Below, in pieces: positions 47,984 through 56,694 of a DNA stretch of 64,000 nucleotides (position 1 is the first letter of the stretch; each line of letters opens with the position of its first letter). The notes beneath the pieces were generated by a model that was not told where the DNA came from, did not search any database, and worked only from the letters and a program-made list of their open reading frames with translations. Both the position numbers and the translations under genes were made by a program. The DNA is from Planctomycetota bacterium (GTDB taxonomy: Bacteria > Planctomycetota > B15-G4): assembly GCA_965248575.1 (NCBI GenBank), contig CBDFJQ010000002.1, forward strand, positions 256,001-320,000, read 5' to 3'.

Positions 47984-50026
47984 TTAGTGGTACTCGCGGT
48001 GCACCTCGGGGAAGCAGCTCTGCCAGTTGATCTTGCCATCTTCGAAATCGGTCAAGAACATGGGCAGGCTGAACGCACCGGCCGCTTCAAGAGTCTTGTA
48101 GATCCGGGGAGCTGAGGCACCCACTTCGGGGCCAAACTCGTCAGCGAGGCGCTTGCCGATCTCATCGACGGTGCGATCACCGTTGGCGAGTTCCATGAAC
48201 CCGCGTGCACCGTCGTCGACGATGATGCCGCAACCGGCGCCGGTTTCGGGGGTCATGAAGAACGCGTACTCGGTCTGCTTTGGCGCCACGGAGGCGAGGC
48301 TGTCGGCGTCCGTCAGGGTGTACAGATCGTCCATGTCGTAACCGAGCGTCTGCAGGTTCACGTCGCCCCCGAGCTTCGGCTTCTCCGAACCAGTCACGCC
48401 CTCGGCATCGCCCAGCTTGGCGGCCGTGACGTCGAAGAACTGATGCAGGCCGGGGTAGGGCATGTTGAAGTACATGTCCTTCACGTCGCCGAAGTGAGCG
48501 GCGGCCCAGGTGCGTGCACGGCGGTAGAAGTGGTACTGGAACTCGGCCTTGAGCGGCCCTGAGACATCGGGGATGCCTGCATAGGTGCACTGCTCGGCCA
48601 CGTAGCGCTCCCACACCGTGGACAGCCCCTCAACCAGTTCAGTGTCGATGTTGTGGGTGCGTAGGTCGGGGATGCGGTCGTGGTAGCCAGCGTCGTGGGC
48701 GATGTGTGCCCACTCTTCGAGGATGTCACCGCCGGGACGCTTGGTCAGGCGCACCATCATGTGCACCAGCCGCTGGATCATGCGGCTCCAGTCGTTGATG
48801 GCTTTGCCGACCAACACCTCGTAGGTCGTCATCCATTTGGTGGAGAGGATCTCGTGGCCGATGTCGGGGTCGTAGTCGATGCCCCACTTGTCGACTTCCT
48901 TCTCCAGCGGCGTGCGCGGGAGGATGGCGAGGTTGAAGGCCTTGATGTCGGCCGGTTCCCGCTCGAAGGCGTAGCTGAGAGTGTTCTTGTAGTCGTCGAC
49001 CTTGTCGCCCGGCAGACCCATGATGATCTCGCAGGAGACCATGACGTTGGGCTTGCCCTTGAGCTTGTCGATCATCGGCGCGACCTTCTCCGGCTTCCAC
49101 ACGCGCTTGATGTTGCGCATGGTCTCCTGGTTGGCGCTCTGGATACCGACGCCGATGAAGGAGCATGCCGTCTGGCTGGCCAGCTCGATCAGGTCCTCGT
49201 TGATGAGCGAGGGGAACACCTCGAACATGTGCAGCGCCTGGATGTCGTACTCGACGATCATGCCCAGGATCGCTTCGGCGCGCTTGCGGCTGTAGTTGAA
49301 GGTGGGGTCCGTGCTCAGCAGGATGCGAGCGCCAGCCTTCTTGAAGTACTCCATCTCGGCGCGAACGCGCTCGAGGGAGAATTCGAAGTAGGGCTGGTTG
49401 CGGCCGTAGTCACAGTAGCTGCAGACGAAGGGGCAGCCACGGGCAGTCTGGTAGCAGGCGCCGCCGCGGATGTCGCACACGTCCAGCACGCCCGTGAGGT
49501 AGGGCGAGGCCAGGCTGTCGAGCTCCTTGCAGTAGGGGCGAGGGGACGGCACGTGGGGTTCGCCATCCTTGCGCTGCGCTAGTCCTGGGATCTCGGTGAT
49601 GGGCTGGTCCTGGATCAGCGCCCGCATCAACTCGCGGAACGTCTCTTCGCCCTCGTTGACCGCCACCCAGTCCACGGCGGAGTTCTGGTCGAGGATGCGT
49701 GCGAAGTGGTAGCTCACTTCGGGCCCACCCAGGATGATCTTCACGTCTGGCTTGAGACGCTTGACCTCTGCGCACACCTTCAGCACATCGGGGGTGTTCC
49801 ACACGTAGCAGCTCAGCCCGATCAGATCCGGGTCATCCTCGAGGATGGCCTTCGCGTTGTAGGTCTCGTCGTGGATCGAGCAGTCGTAGAACTTGTGGAC
49901 GATCTCCGACGACTCTTTGATGAGGTCGTCCGAGATGGCTTGGGCGTGGATGTACCCCAGGGAGAGCATTCGACGCTGGGCCGTGTAGGGCGACGTGAAG
50001 CTGACAGAGGCGAGAACGACCTTCAT
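47984..50026 (-). CDS. Cobalamin-dependent radical SAM protein with C-terminal PqqD/RRE-like domain
   Basis: B12 domain (DLIGLSCYVWN, ILGGPEVS, NEGEETF); RGCPFVCSYC; GIQS; IMGLPGD; C-terminal ELANGDRTVDEIGKRLADEF. Confidence 0.88.
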   Translation of the reverse strand: MKVVLASVSFTSPYTAQRRMLSLGYIHAQAISDDLIKESSEIVHKFYDCSIHDETYNAKAILEDDPDLIGLSCYVWNTPDVLKVCAEVKRLKPDVKIILGGPEVSYHFARILDQNSAVDWVAVNEGEETFRELMRALIQDQPITEIPGLAQRKDGEPHVPSPRPYCKELDSLASPYLTGVLDVCDIRGGACYQTARGCPFVCSYCDYGRNQPYFEFSLERVRAEMEYFKKAGARILLSTDPTFNYSRKRAEAILGMIVEYDIQALHMFEVFPSLINEDLIELASQTACSFIGVGIQSANQETMRNIKRVWKPEKVAPMIDKLKGKPNVMVSCEIIMGLPGDKVDDYKNTLSYAFEREPADIKAFNLAILPRTPLEKEVDKWGIDYDPDIGHEILSTKWMTTYEVLVGKAINDWSRMIQRLVHMMVRLTKRPGGDILEEWAHIAHDAGYHDRIPDLRTHNIDTELVEGLSTVWERYVAEQCTYAGIPDVSGPLKAEFQYHFYRRARTWAAAHFGDVKDMYFNMPYPGLHQFFDVTAAKLGDAEGVTGSEKPKLGGDVNLQTLGYDMDDLYTLTDADSLASVAPKQTEYAFFMTPETGAGCGIIVDDGARGFMELANGDRTVDEIGKRLADEFGPEVGASAPRIYKTLEAAGAFSLPMFLTDFEDGKINWQSCFPEVHREYH

Positions 50027-50197
50027 ACGACTTGGTCTCCAGAGCGGACCACGATGGAACACACCGAGTTCGTGGTTCCTCTATCGGCAGGGGACTAACT
50101 GACCTACCCGGTTTTTCCCTCACTGCGGGGGAGAAGCGGGAGTCAGTTGGCAGGTGTGGCCGATAGGAGGGTGGCGAGGGGGCTGATTTGGCGGGTC

Positions 50198-50203
50198 AGT
50201 GTA
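50198..50203 (-). promoter_or_regulatory. Putative -10 box (TACACT) for the radical SAM gene
   Basis: Matches the TANNNT pattern seen before several other genes; implies a 5' UTR of about 165 nt. Confidence 0.4.
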
Positions 50204-50289
50204 GCCTGCGTTGCATATCGAGGCTCGTTGTTCTCGCCCGTTGTGTCGGTGCCCAGGCCGCCTTTCACATGGAGTGAAAGGTCAGCTGT

Positions 50290-50751
50290 TCACGCGCCAG
50301 CGATCGGATCGGCGTCCGTCGGCGGCTCCGGATCTTCATCGCTGTCAGTCTGCGCTGGCTCGGCGTTGGCCGGCGAGACCTCGAAACCGCCTTGAATGTT
50401 GGCCCCGCCCTGGATCGCGACTGAGGGGGCTCGGCAGTCGCCCTTCCATCGGGCGGCGGGGCCGATGACCACCGGCCCGCCGCTTTCGACCCGCGCATCG
50501 AGGCTTCCCAGCACCTCCACGCCGCCAGCGGCCTGGACAAATTCGGCGATCACGCTCCCCTTTTTGCTCACACGGAGCCTTCCGCACGTCTGGACGCGGC
50601 TCACGGGAGTGAGTTGCTTGATGATGACGTCCTCTACCACGAGCCTCTGATTGCACTCGGGGCAGTTGGTGGAGGCCGTCCTGGTTCCCACCTCGAAGGC
50701 GTGGGAGCAGTGGTAGCAACTGATGGACTGGAGCGCGGCCCGGGCGGCCAT
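50290..50751 (-). CDS. Zinc-ribbon + bactofilin (DUF583) protein
   Basis: CYHC...CPEC followed by beta-helix repeats (GRLRVSKKGSV, VEVLGSLDA, VVIGPAARWKGD, VAIQGGANIQG). Confidence 0.82.
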   Translation of the reverse strand: MAARAALQSISCYHCSHAFEVGTRTASTNCPECNQRLVVEDVIIKQLTPVSRVQTCGRLRVSKKGSVIAEFVQAAGGVEVLGSLDARVESGGPVVIGPAARWKGDCRAPSVAIQGGANIQGGFEVSPANAEPAQTDSDEDPEPPTDADPIAGA

Positions 50752-50775
50752 GGGGAGGGAGTGAGCGCCGGGGGC

Positions 50776-51228
50776 TTACTTCCCCCGAGCGGGCTCGGGC
50801 TGGCGGGTGGCCGTCGCAGGCTTGCTTGATCCAGCGTTGGCTGAAGCTGATGCGGAACTGGTCGCGGAACCGGTCGCGCCACCGGCTGCCTTGACGGCCT
50901 CGGGGCCCACGGCGCACTTCCCGAAGAACGAAGCCCCTTCGGCCATGACCATCTTGCCCGCCACGATGTCGCCCTTGACCACACCGCTGGCGTTGAGCTG
51001 GACCGTGTCCCGGGCCAGCACGTTGCCGTCCACGATGCCATCGATGACCACCCGGCCAGCATCCACCTGCGCCTTGCAGGCGGCGCCCTTGGCCACCTGA
51101 AGCTCGCCCTCGCCGGTCACGCTGCCGTCGATCGTGCCCACCACGCGAATCGTCTTCTGGAAGGTCAGTTCGCCTTTGATGTGGGTGTCGGCGCCAATCA
51201 CGGTGGCATCGTTCGAGGTGTCGGCCAT
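50776..51228 (-). CDS. Bactofilin (polymer-forming cytoskeletal protein)
   Basis: TVIGADTHIKGEL, IRVVGTIDGSV, VVIDGIVDGNV, VVKGDI, MAEGASFFGKC; Ala/Ser/Thr tail. Confidence 0.92.
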   Translation of the reverse strand: MADTSNDATVIGADTHIKGELTFQKTIRVVGTIDGSVTGEGELQVAKGAACKAQVDAGRVVIDGIVDGNVLARDTVQLNASGVVKGDIVAGKMVMAEGASFFGKCAVGPEAVKAAGGATGSATSSASASANAGSSKPATATRQPEPARGK

Positions 51229-51350
51229 GGGTTCTCCTGTCGTGTCAGATTCACGGGGTGAGGCCCCCGGATCTCCCGCTGCAGCGCCTGCAGCAGGGGG
51301 GGCGATGGAACCCCGGCGAGCCTACCCAATCGAAGGGGCCGGTCCGACTC

Positions 51351-51986
51351 TCAGCCTTGACGAATGCCCTCAAGACTCAGGGTGAATCGGATCTCGTCCC
51401 CGAGCTTGTCGAGCATCACGTCCATTCCGTAGTCGGAGCGTTGGATGGCGAAGGAGGCCTCCAGCCCGATGCGGTAGTCGCCGAAGGCCGTCTTGCCCGC
51501 GCCCACCAGCCGGGCCTCGAACTGGATCTCCTTGCTGACCCCGTGCAGCGTGAGCTGCCCGCTGACCTCCCAGACTCCGCGCTCACCACCACGGATGGCG
51601 GTGCTTTGAAAGCCCATCAGGGGGTGGTTGGCGACATCGAGGAAATCAGGGCCCAGCACGTGATCGTCCCTCCCCTTGCTGGCGGTGTCGATGCTGCCGG
51701 GATCGATGCTCACCTTGATCGAGCAATTCTCGGCCTTTTCCATGTCCAGCACGACCTCACCGGAGGTGCTGTTGAAGCGCCCATAGAAGTTGGCGACGCC
51801 CAGGTGTCGGATCCCGAAGAATGAGGTCGAGTGGGCGCCGTCCACGGTGTAGGTGGCGGACTCCGCCTCGATGACCTCTTGCGCGACGCTGGGAGGAACC
51901 AGGGCTGCGGGCGCGGGGGCATTCCAGAGCCCTGCGACGGCAGTGGCGAGGAGGAGCGCGGGGGCGAGCAGGGAACGGGCGGGCAT
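51351..51986 (-). CDS. YceI family periplasmic protein
   Basis: Signal peptide; YTVDGAHS, HLGVANFYGRF, RDDHVLGPDFLD, GQLTLHGV, IQRSDYGM. Confidence 0.93.
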   Translation of the reverse strand: MPARSLLAPALLLATAVAGLWNAPAPAALVPPSVAQEVIEAESATYTVDGAHSTSFFGIRHLGVANFYGRFNSTSGEVVLDMEKAENCSIKVSIDPGSIDTASKGRDDHVLGPDFLDVANHPLMGFQSTAIRGGERGVWEVSGQLTLHGVSKEIQFEARLVGAGKTAFGDYRIGLEASFAIQRSDYGMDVMLDKLGDEIRFTLSLEGIRQG

Positions 51987-52119
51987 GGCTATCTCGGGAG
52001 GGAGGAGGGGGGGCACTGGAGAGCTTGTCGAGCGCCCAGAAGAGCGCCCAGTCGAGCCCCAAGATGTAGGCAGCTGGCCGCCCTCATGCAAGGAATCGGC
52101 CCATGCTGGTGCCGTGCCG

Positions 52120-52947
52120 TCAGTAGACGCGAGCCCGGGCCTGCACGAACGAGTAGTAGAAGACCGAGTCCGGGCTGTGGGCCACGAGATCCAGCTCCTC
52201 AGCCATGCCGTCCACGATCTCCTCGTCCACCTTGCCGGCCTTGAGCAGCTCGGGTGCACCGCTGAGCAGGAGCTCGGTCCAGAAGGCGAGGAACTCGGCG
52301 CGCTCGCCGGCGTGCCGGTTGTCGAGCAGGAAGGTGCGAACCTTGGTCGTCACGTCGCGGTAGCCCACGGCCTGCAGCAGGTTGCCGAGCTTGGCGCCCA
52401 CGAAGGGGTCGCCCCCCAGCTCGATCTGCCAGTCGTTGAAAGCCATCCAGTACGCGAGGGTCTTGGGGCTGTAGGGGTCCAGGAAGAGACTGTTGTTCTG
52501 CACTTCCGTGGCGACGATGGAGGAGCCGGGCGCGAGGACGCGACGCACCTCCGCGAGAATCTGTGCGGGTTGCGCGACGTGTTCCAGGATCCAGCACAGG
52601 AAGGCGCCGTCGAAGCGGTCGGAGGGGAAGTCCAGGCGCGAGGCGTCTGCCTGCACGAGGTCGTAGCGTCCCTTGGTCCAGCCCAACCCCCCCAGGAACT
52701 CCTCGCCCGTGGCCAGGTTGGCCGGCGAGGAATCGATGCCCGTGATGTGCAGATCGGGGAAGCGGCGCAGCAGGATCTCGGTCTGGGCGCCGACCCCACA
52801 ACCCACTTCGAGCAGCTCGCGCGCGCGACGGAAGGGCAGCTTGTCGTGCACCTTGTCTTCCAGGAAGCGCGCTTGCCGGCGCAGGCGGTCCTGTTCTTTG
52901 GGTGTGAAGCCGTGCAGGTAGCCGGTGGCCTTCTGCTTGCGAGTCAT
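52120..52947 (-). CDS. Class I SAM-dependent methyltransferase
   Basis: YLHG..EQDRL, LLEVGCGVGAQ, ITGIDSS, WILEHV, LAPG; ATGA overlap with the upstream gene. Confidence 0.9.
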   Translation of the reverse strand: MTRKQKATGYLHGFTPKEQDRLRRQARFLEDKVHDKLPFRRARELLEVGCGVGAQTEILLRRFPDLHITGIDSSPANLATGEEFLGGLGWTKGRYDLVQADASRLDFPSDRFDGAFLCWILEHVAQPAQILAEVRRVLAPGSSIVATEVQNNSLFLDPYSPKTLAYWMAFNDWQIELGGDPFVGAKLGNLLQAVGYRDVTTKVRTFLLDNRHAGERAEFLAFWTELLLSGAPELLKAGKVDEEIVDGMAEELDLVAHSPDSVFYYSFVQARARVY

Positions 52948-55238
52948 CGGCGCCGGCCTTCCACCCGGGGGCGTGGCTTGGCGGCGAGGTATTGCTCGGG
53001 CCACCATTGCTCGAAGTGTTGGTAGGTGCTGGAGGCCGCCAAGGTGATGGCAGGGTGCTCCAGGTGCGGGCGCGCCATGGCGCACAGGTCTGCGCGGCCC
53101 GCAGCCAGGATGGTGTTGCAGTGGTCCGCTCCTGCGATGGCACCGACAGCCATGACAGGCAGGCCGGTCTCGGCCCGGATGCGCTCGGCGAAGGGCACCT
53201 GGTACATGCGCCCGGTGACGGGCTTGCTGTCGGGGGTGTTGCCTGCGGTGGAGACATCCACGACATCGCAGCCACGCTCTCCGAGAGCTCGCGCGATGGC
53301 GACGCCCTCATCGGCGCTGAGTCCGCGCTCGCTGTCCTCCATCCAGTCCGTCGCGGAGATGCGCACGCCAAGGGGGCGCCCCGGGGGCCAGGCAGCGCGC
53401 ACGGCGTCGAGCACCTCGAGCGGGAAGCGCAGGCGGTTTTCGAGGCTGCCTCCATACTCGTCCTCGCGCCGGTTGGAGGCGGGGGAGAGGAAGCTCGAAA
53501 GCAGATAGCCGTGGGCCATGTGCAGTTCGATCATGTCGAAGCCTGCGCGGGCGGCGCGTTCCGCTGCGGCGACGAAGTCGTTCCGCACACGGTCCATGTC
53601 GCCTCTGTCCATCTCCTTCGGCGTGGGCCAGCCGCTGTCGAAGGGGAGCGGGGAAGGGCCTATCGACTGCCAGGCGCTGTCATCCCCGAGGGGGGAGTCT
53701 CCTTCCCAGGGCAGATGGCAGGACGCCTTGCGACCTGCGTGGGCCAGTTGCTGGCAGATCTTGGCCTGGCTGTGGTCGTGGACGAAGGACACGATGCGCG
53801 CCCAGGCTTGTTCCTGGGCGTCATTCCACATGCCAGCGCAGCCGTGGGTGATGCGCCCTTCGGCGGAGACGTCTGTCATCTCCGTGATCACGAGACCGGC
53901 GCCACCCACGGCACGGCTCCCCAGGTGCATCAGGTGCCAGTCGCCCACCACGCCTTCGGTGGCCGAGTACTGGCACATGGGGGAGACGACGATCCGGTTG
54001 GCCAGGGTCATCTCGCCGACCCGGAAGGGGGCAAAGAGCGGGGGCGGCGAATGACCATCGCCCGTCTTCCAGTTGCGGACTTCGTCGCCGAACGGCGCCG
54101 ACTGTTCCTCCCACCACCAGTTGCGGACCGACGTCACCAGCTCTGGGTCCCGAAGCGCGAGGTTGTCGAAGGTGATGGCCTTGCTGCGAGTCATGAGGTT
54201 GAAGCTGAACTGCAGCGGGTGCTGCTCGATGTAGCGACTGCTGTTCTCGAACCATTCCAGACTGGTCTGGGCCGTCTTCTGCAGCTTCGCACCGTCCACC
54301 CAGCGCGCTTCTTCGTAGGCGCGCAGTGCCGCAGGGATGTCGTCCGTCCCGTGCTTCACCAGGGTTTCCACGAGGGCGATGGCATCCTCCATCGCCAGCT
54401 TGGTTCCGGAGCCGATGGAGAAGTGCGCCGTGTGCGCGGCGTCACCCACGAGCACGATGTTGTCCTTGCACCAGGTCTCGTTGCGCACCGTGGGGAAGGT
54501 GCGCCAGATGGAGCGGTTGCCCAGCAGCTTGTGCCCGTTCAGGTATTCGGCAAAGAGCTCTTCGAAGTAGGCAATCGTGCTGGCTTCATCGGCACTGTCG
54601 AGGCCCGCTGCTGCCCAGGTCTCCTCACGACATTCGACGATGAAGGTGCCGAGGCCCTCCTCAAACGGATAGGCGTGCACCTGGAACAAGCCGTGTTCAT
54701 TCGACTTGAAGATGAAGGTGAAGGCCTCCATGGGCAGCGTGGTGCCCAACCAGGTGAACTTGCACTTGCGCCAGTCGAGGGAGGGTTGGAAATGTTCGGA
54801 GAACTGCTCGCGCGTGGCGCTGTTGATGCCATCTGCCGCCAGGATGAGGTCTGCCGGGCCCACGTCTTCGACTGTCGCTACGTTGCTCTCGAACTCCAGG
54901 TTCACGCCCAGCTCGACACAGCGGGCTTGCAGGATCTGCAGCAGGCGCTTGCGCGACATGCCGCAGAAGCCGTGGCCCGTAGAGCGGACGCAGGTGTCGC
55001 CGTAATACGTCTCGATGTCGCCCCAGTAGATGAACTGCTGGGTGATGGAGTCGTAGGATTGGGCGTCGCTGTCGCGGAAGTGGGAGAGGGTCTCGGCGGA
55101 GAAGACCACACCCCAACCAAAGGTGTCGTCAGCCTTGTTCCGCTCGTGGAGGGTGATGTCGGCGGCCGGGAAGGCCTTCTTCATGAGGATGCTGAAGTAG
55201 AGCCCCGCGGGGCCGCCGCCTATGGACACGATACGCAT
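52944..55238 (-). CDS. Bifunctional anthraniloyl/salicylyl-CoA monooxygenase-oxidoreductase (FAD monooxygenase + OYE domain)
   Basis: GGGPAGLY, DTFGWGVVFS, GDAAHTAHFSIGSGTKLAMED; NRIVVSPMCQYSA, ELHMAHGYLLSSFLSP, YGGSLENR. Confidence 0.92.
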   Translation of the reverse strand: MRIVSIGGGPAGLYFSILMKKAFPAADITLHERNKADDTFGWGVVFSAETLSHFRDSDAQSYDSITQQFIYWGDIETYYGDTCVRSTGHGFCGMSRKRLLQILQARCVELGVNLEFESNVATVEDVGPADLILAADGINSATREQFSEHFQPSLDWRKCKFTWLGTTLPMEAFTFIFKSNEHGLFQVHAYPFEEGLGTFIVECREETWAAAGLDSADEASTIAYFEELFAEYLNGHKLLGNRSIWRTFPTVRNETWCKDNIVLVGDAAHTAHFSIGSGTKLAMEDAIALVETLVKHGTDDIPAALRAYEEARWVDGAKLQKTAQTSLEWFENSSRYIEQHPLQFSFNLMTRSKAITFDNLALRDPELVTSVRNWWWEEQSAPFGDEVRNWKTGDGHSPPPLFAPFRVGEMTLANRIVVSPMCQYSATEGVVGDWHLMHLGSRAVGGAGLVITEMTDVSAEGRITHGCAGMWNDAQEQAWARIVSFVHDHSQAKICQQLAHAGRKASCHLPWEGDSPLGDDSAWQSIGPSPLPFDSGWPTPKEMDRGDMDRVRNDFVAAAERAARAGFDMIELHMAHGYLLSSFLSPASNRREDEYGGSLENRLRFPLEVLDAVRAAWPPGRPLGVRISATDWMEDSERGLSADEGVAIARALGERGCDVVDVSTAGNTPDSKPVTGRMYQVPFAERIRAETGLPVMAVGAIAGADHCNTILAAGRADLCAMARPHLEHPAITLAASSTYQHFEQWWPEQYLAAKPRPRVEGRRR

Positions 55239-55325
55239 CACCACATCATAGGACTCACGGGTCCTGGATGCGCCTGTTCCGTACCGGATGCCCGGGTGCT
55301 GTCGAACTGACTGGCCGAACCGGCG

Positions 55326-56510
55326 CTAGGAGCGCTTCAAGAACAGGTAGTACATCTGCCCTTCCGAGACAGTCACGCCGGCCCGCAGCTCGGCGCTCTC
55401 GCCGACGCCCAGATAGATATCTGCCCTGCCCGCCGTGCGGATGGCCCCGCCCGTGTCCTGGTCGAGCATGAGCTGCCGGAAGGCCTTCTTGCCCTGCCCC
55501 TTGTCACCGGGAACCTGGGTGTCGACGAAGACCAGGGCACCGCGCGGGAAGAGCGACTTGTCGGTGGCCAAGGTGCGCTCGGCACTGACCGGGACGTTCA
55601 GGCTTCCATGGGGCAGGCCATTGATGGGGGTGAAGAAGACATAGGACTCGTTGCGCCGCAGGTAGGAGAGGACGCGGCTCTCGGGTGTCCTGGCGGCCCA
55701 AGCGCGCAGGGCAGGCAGGCCCGGGTCTCCCGGCTGGATCTCCCCATCGCGCTCAAGTGCGGCTCGCAAGGAGGAGTACTCCCGGCCGTTCTTGCCGGAA
55801 TAGCCCAGGCGCAGCAGGGACTCATCGGGCAAGCGGACCACGGCCGAACCATTCACGTGGGCGATGTAGGCGTCGATGGGGTCCTTGAGCCACACGAGTT
55901 CGAGGCCCTTGTTGGCCAGCAGATGGCGGCTCTCAATGCTGCTGCGGGTGGGGTAGTCCGAGAGCCCGCTGTCGGTGCGTTGCCCCAGGATGCGGCCGTT
56001 CTTGCCCTTCTCCAGGTCCTCGGGGAGGGCGTACAGCGGGAAGCGGTAGGTCGCGTTCTTGCTCACGCTGCCTTCGAGAATGGGGGTGCAGTAGCCCGTG
56101 AACAGAACCCCGCCTCCCCGTCCATCCCAGCCTGCGCTGCGATAGACGTCGAATTCGGAATCGACCTGGCTTGCGAAGGCTGCTGAGGACGCGCTGCTCA
56201 CCAGGATCTCGCGAAATCGCTCGAGGCTCTCCAGGGCCCGCCCGTGGTCAATGCCCGCAGCAGGGAAGTGCTGTTTGGCGGAGGGCTTGCGCGTCCAGGC
56301 GATGGAAAGGTCCAGTGCAGGGAGTAGCTCCCGTCGCCCGAACCACTGCGCTCGCAGGTCTGGCCGCCGCTCCTGAGGCCCCAGGGGGATCAGGGCTTCA
56401 GCGCCTACGGGCAGCGCCCGCCCGTAATCGGGTTCGACGGAGGGGGTGATGCAAGCAGTGACGGTCGCGAGCACCCAACAGACCATGAGACAGCGCGTGG
56501 TGTGGTTCAC
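55326..56510 (-). CDS. mltA: Membrane-bound lytic murein transglycosylase A
   Basis: Lipobox VTAC; FTGYCTP, YRFPLY, HVNGS, NESYVFF, QDTGGAI, RADIYLG (3D domain). Confidence 0.88.
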   Translation of the reverse strand: MNHTTRCLMVCWVLATVTACITPSVEPDYGRALPVGAEALIPLGPQERRPDLRAQWFGRRELLPALDLSIAWTRKPSAKQHFPAAGIDHGRALESLERFREILVSSASSAAFASQVDSEFDVYRSAGWDGRGGGVLFTGYCTPILEGSVSKNATYRFPLYALPEDLEKGKNGRILGQRTDSGLSDYPTRSSIESRHLLANKGLELVWLKDPIDAYIAHVNGSAVVRLPDESLLRLGYSGKNGREYSSLRAALERDGEIQPGDPGLPALRAWAARTPESRVLSYLRRNESYVFFTPINGLPHGSLNVPVSAERTLATDKSLFPRGALVFVDTQVPGDKGQGKKAFRQLMLDQDTGGAIRTAGRADIYLGVGESAELRAGVTVSEGQMYYLFLKRS

Positions 56511-56694
56511 GAACTCACACTATCAACGGTCATCGACGTCTCAAGCCTTCACTCCTGGAGTTGTTGGCTTGGTGTGGGCCTCGCATGACGTCACCCAGGG
56601 GCCCTGTTGGGGCTCAGGGGATTCGTCTGCCAATCATCTAGACTGCCCGGCTCGGCCCCACGCGGGGACATTCTGAGCCCAGAAGCGAAGGTTC

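Noticed and set aside
50027..50289. Cobalamin riboswitch upstream of the B12 enzyme
   Set aside because: No recognisable GGGAA / GCCACTG / B12-box consensus on the minus strand; kept only as an unassigned hairpin
52992..55310. 772-aa ORF antisense to the monooxygenase gene (similar cases at 1822-3597, 7029-8942, 23472-25241, 29491-31506)
   Set aside because: Shadow ORFs expected from high-GC codon bias; no motifs, and the opposite strand encodes recognisable families
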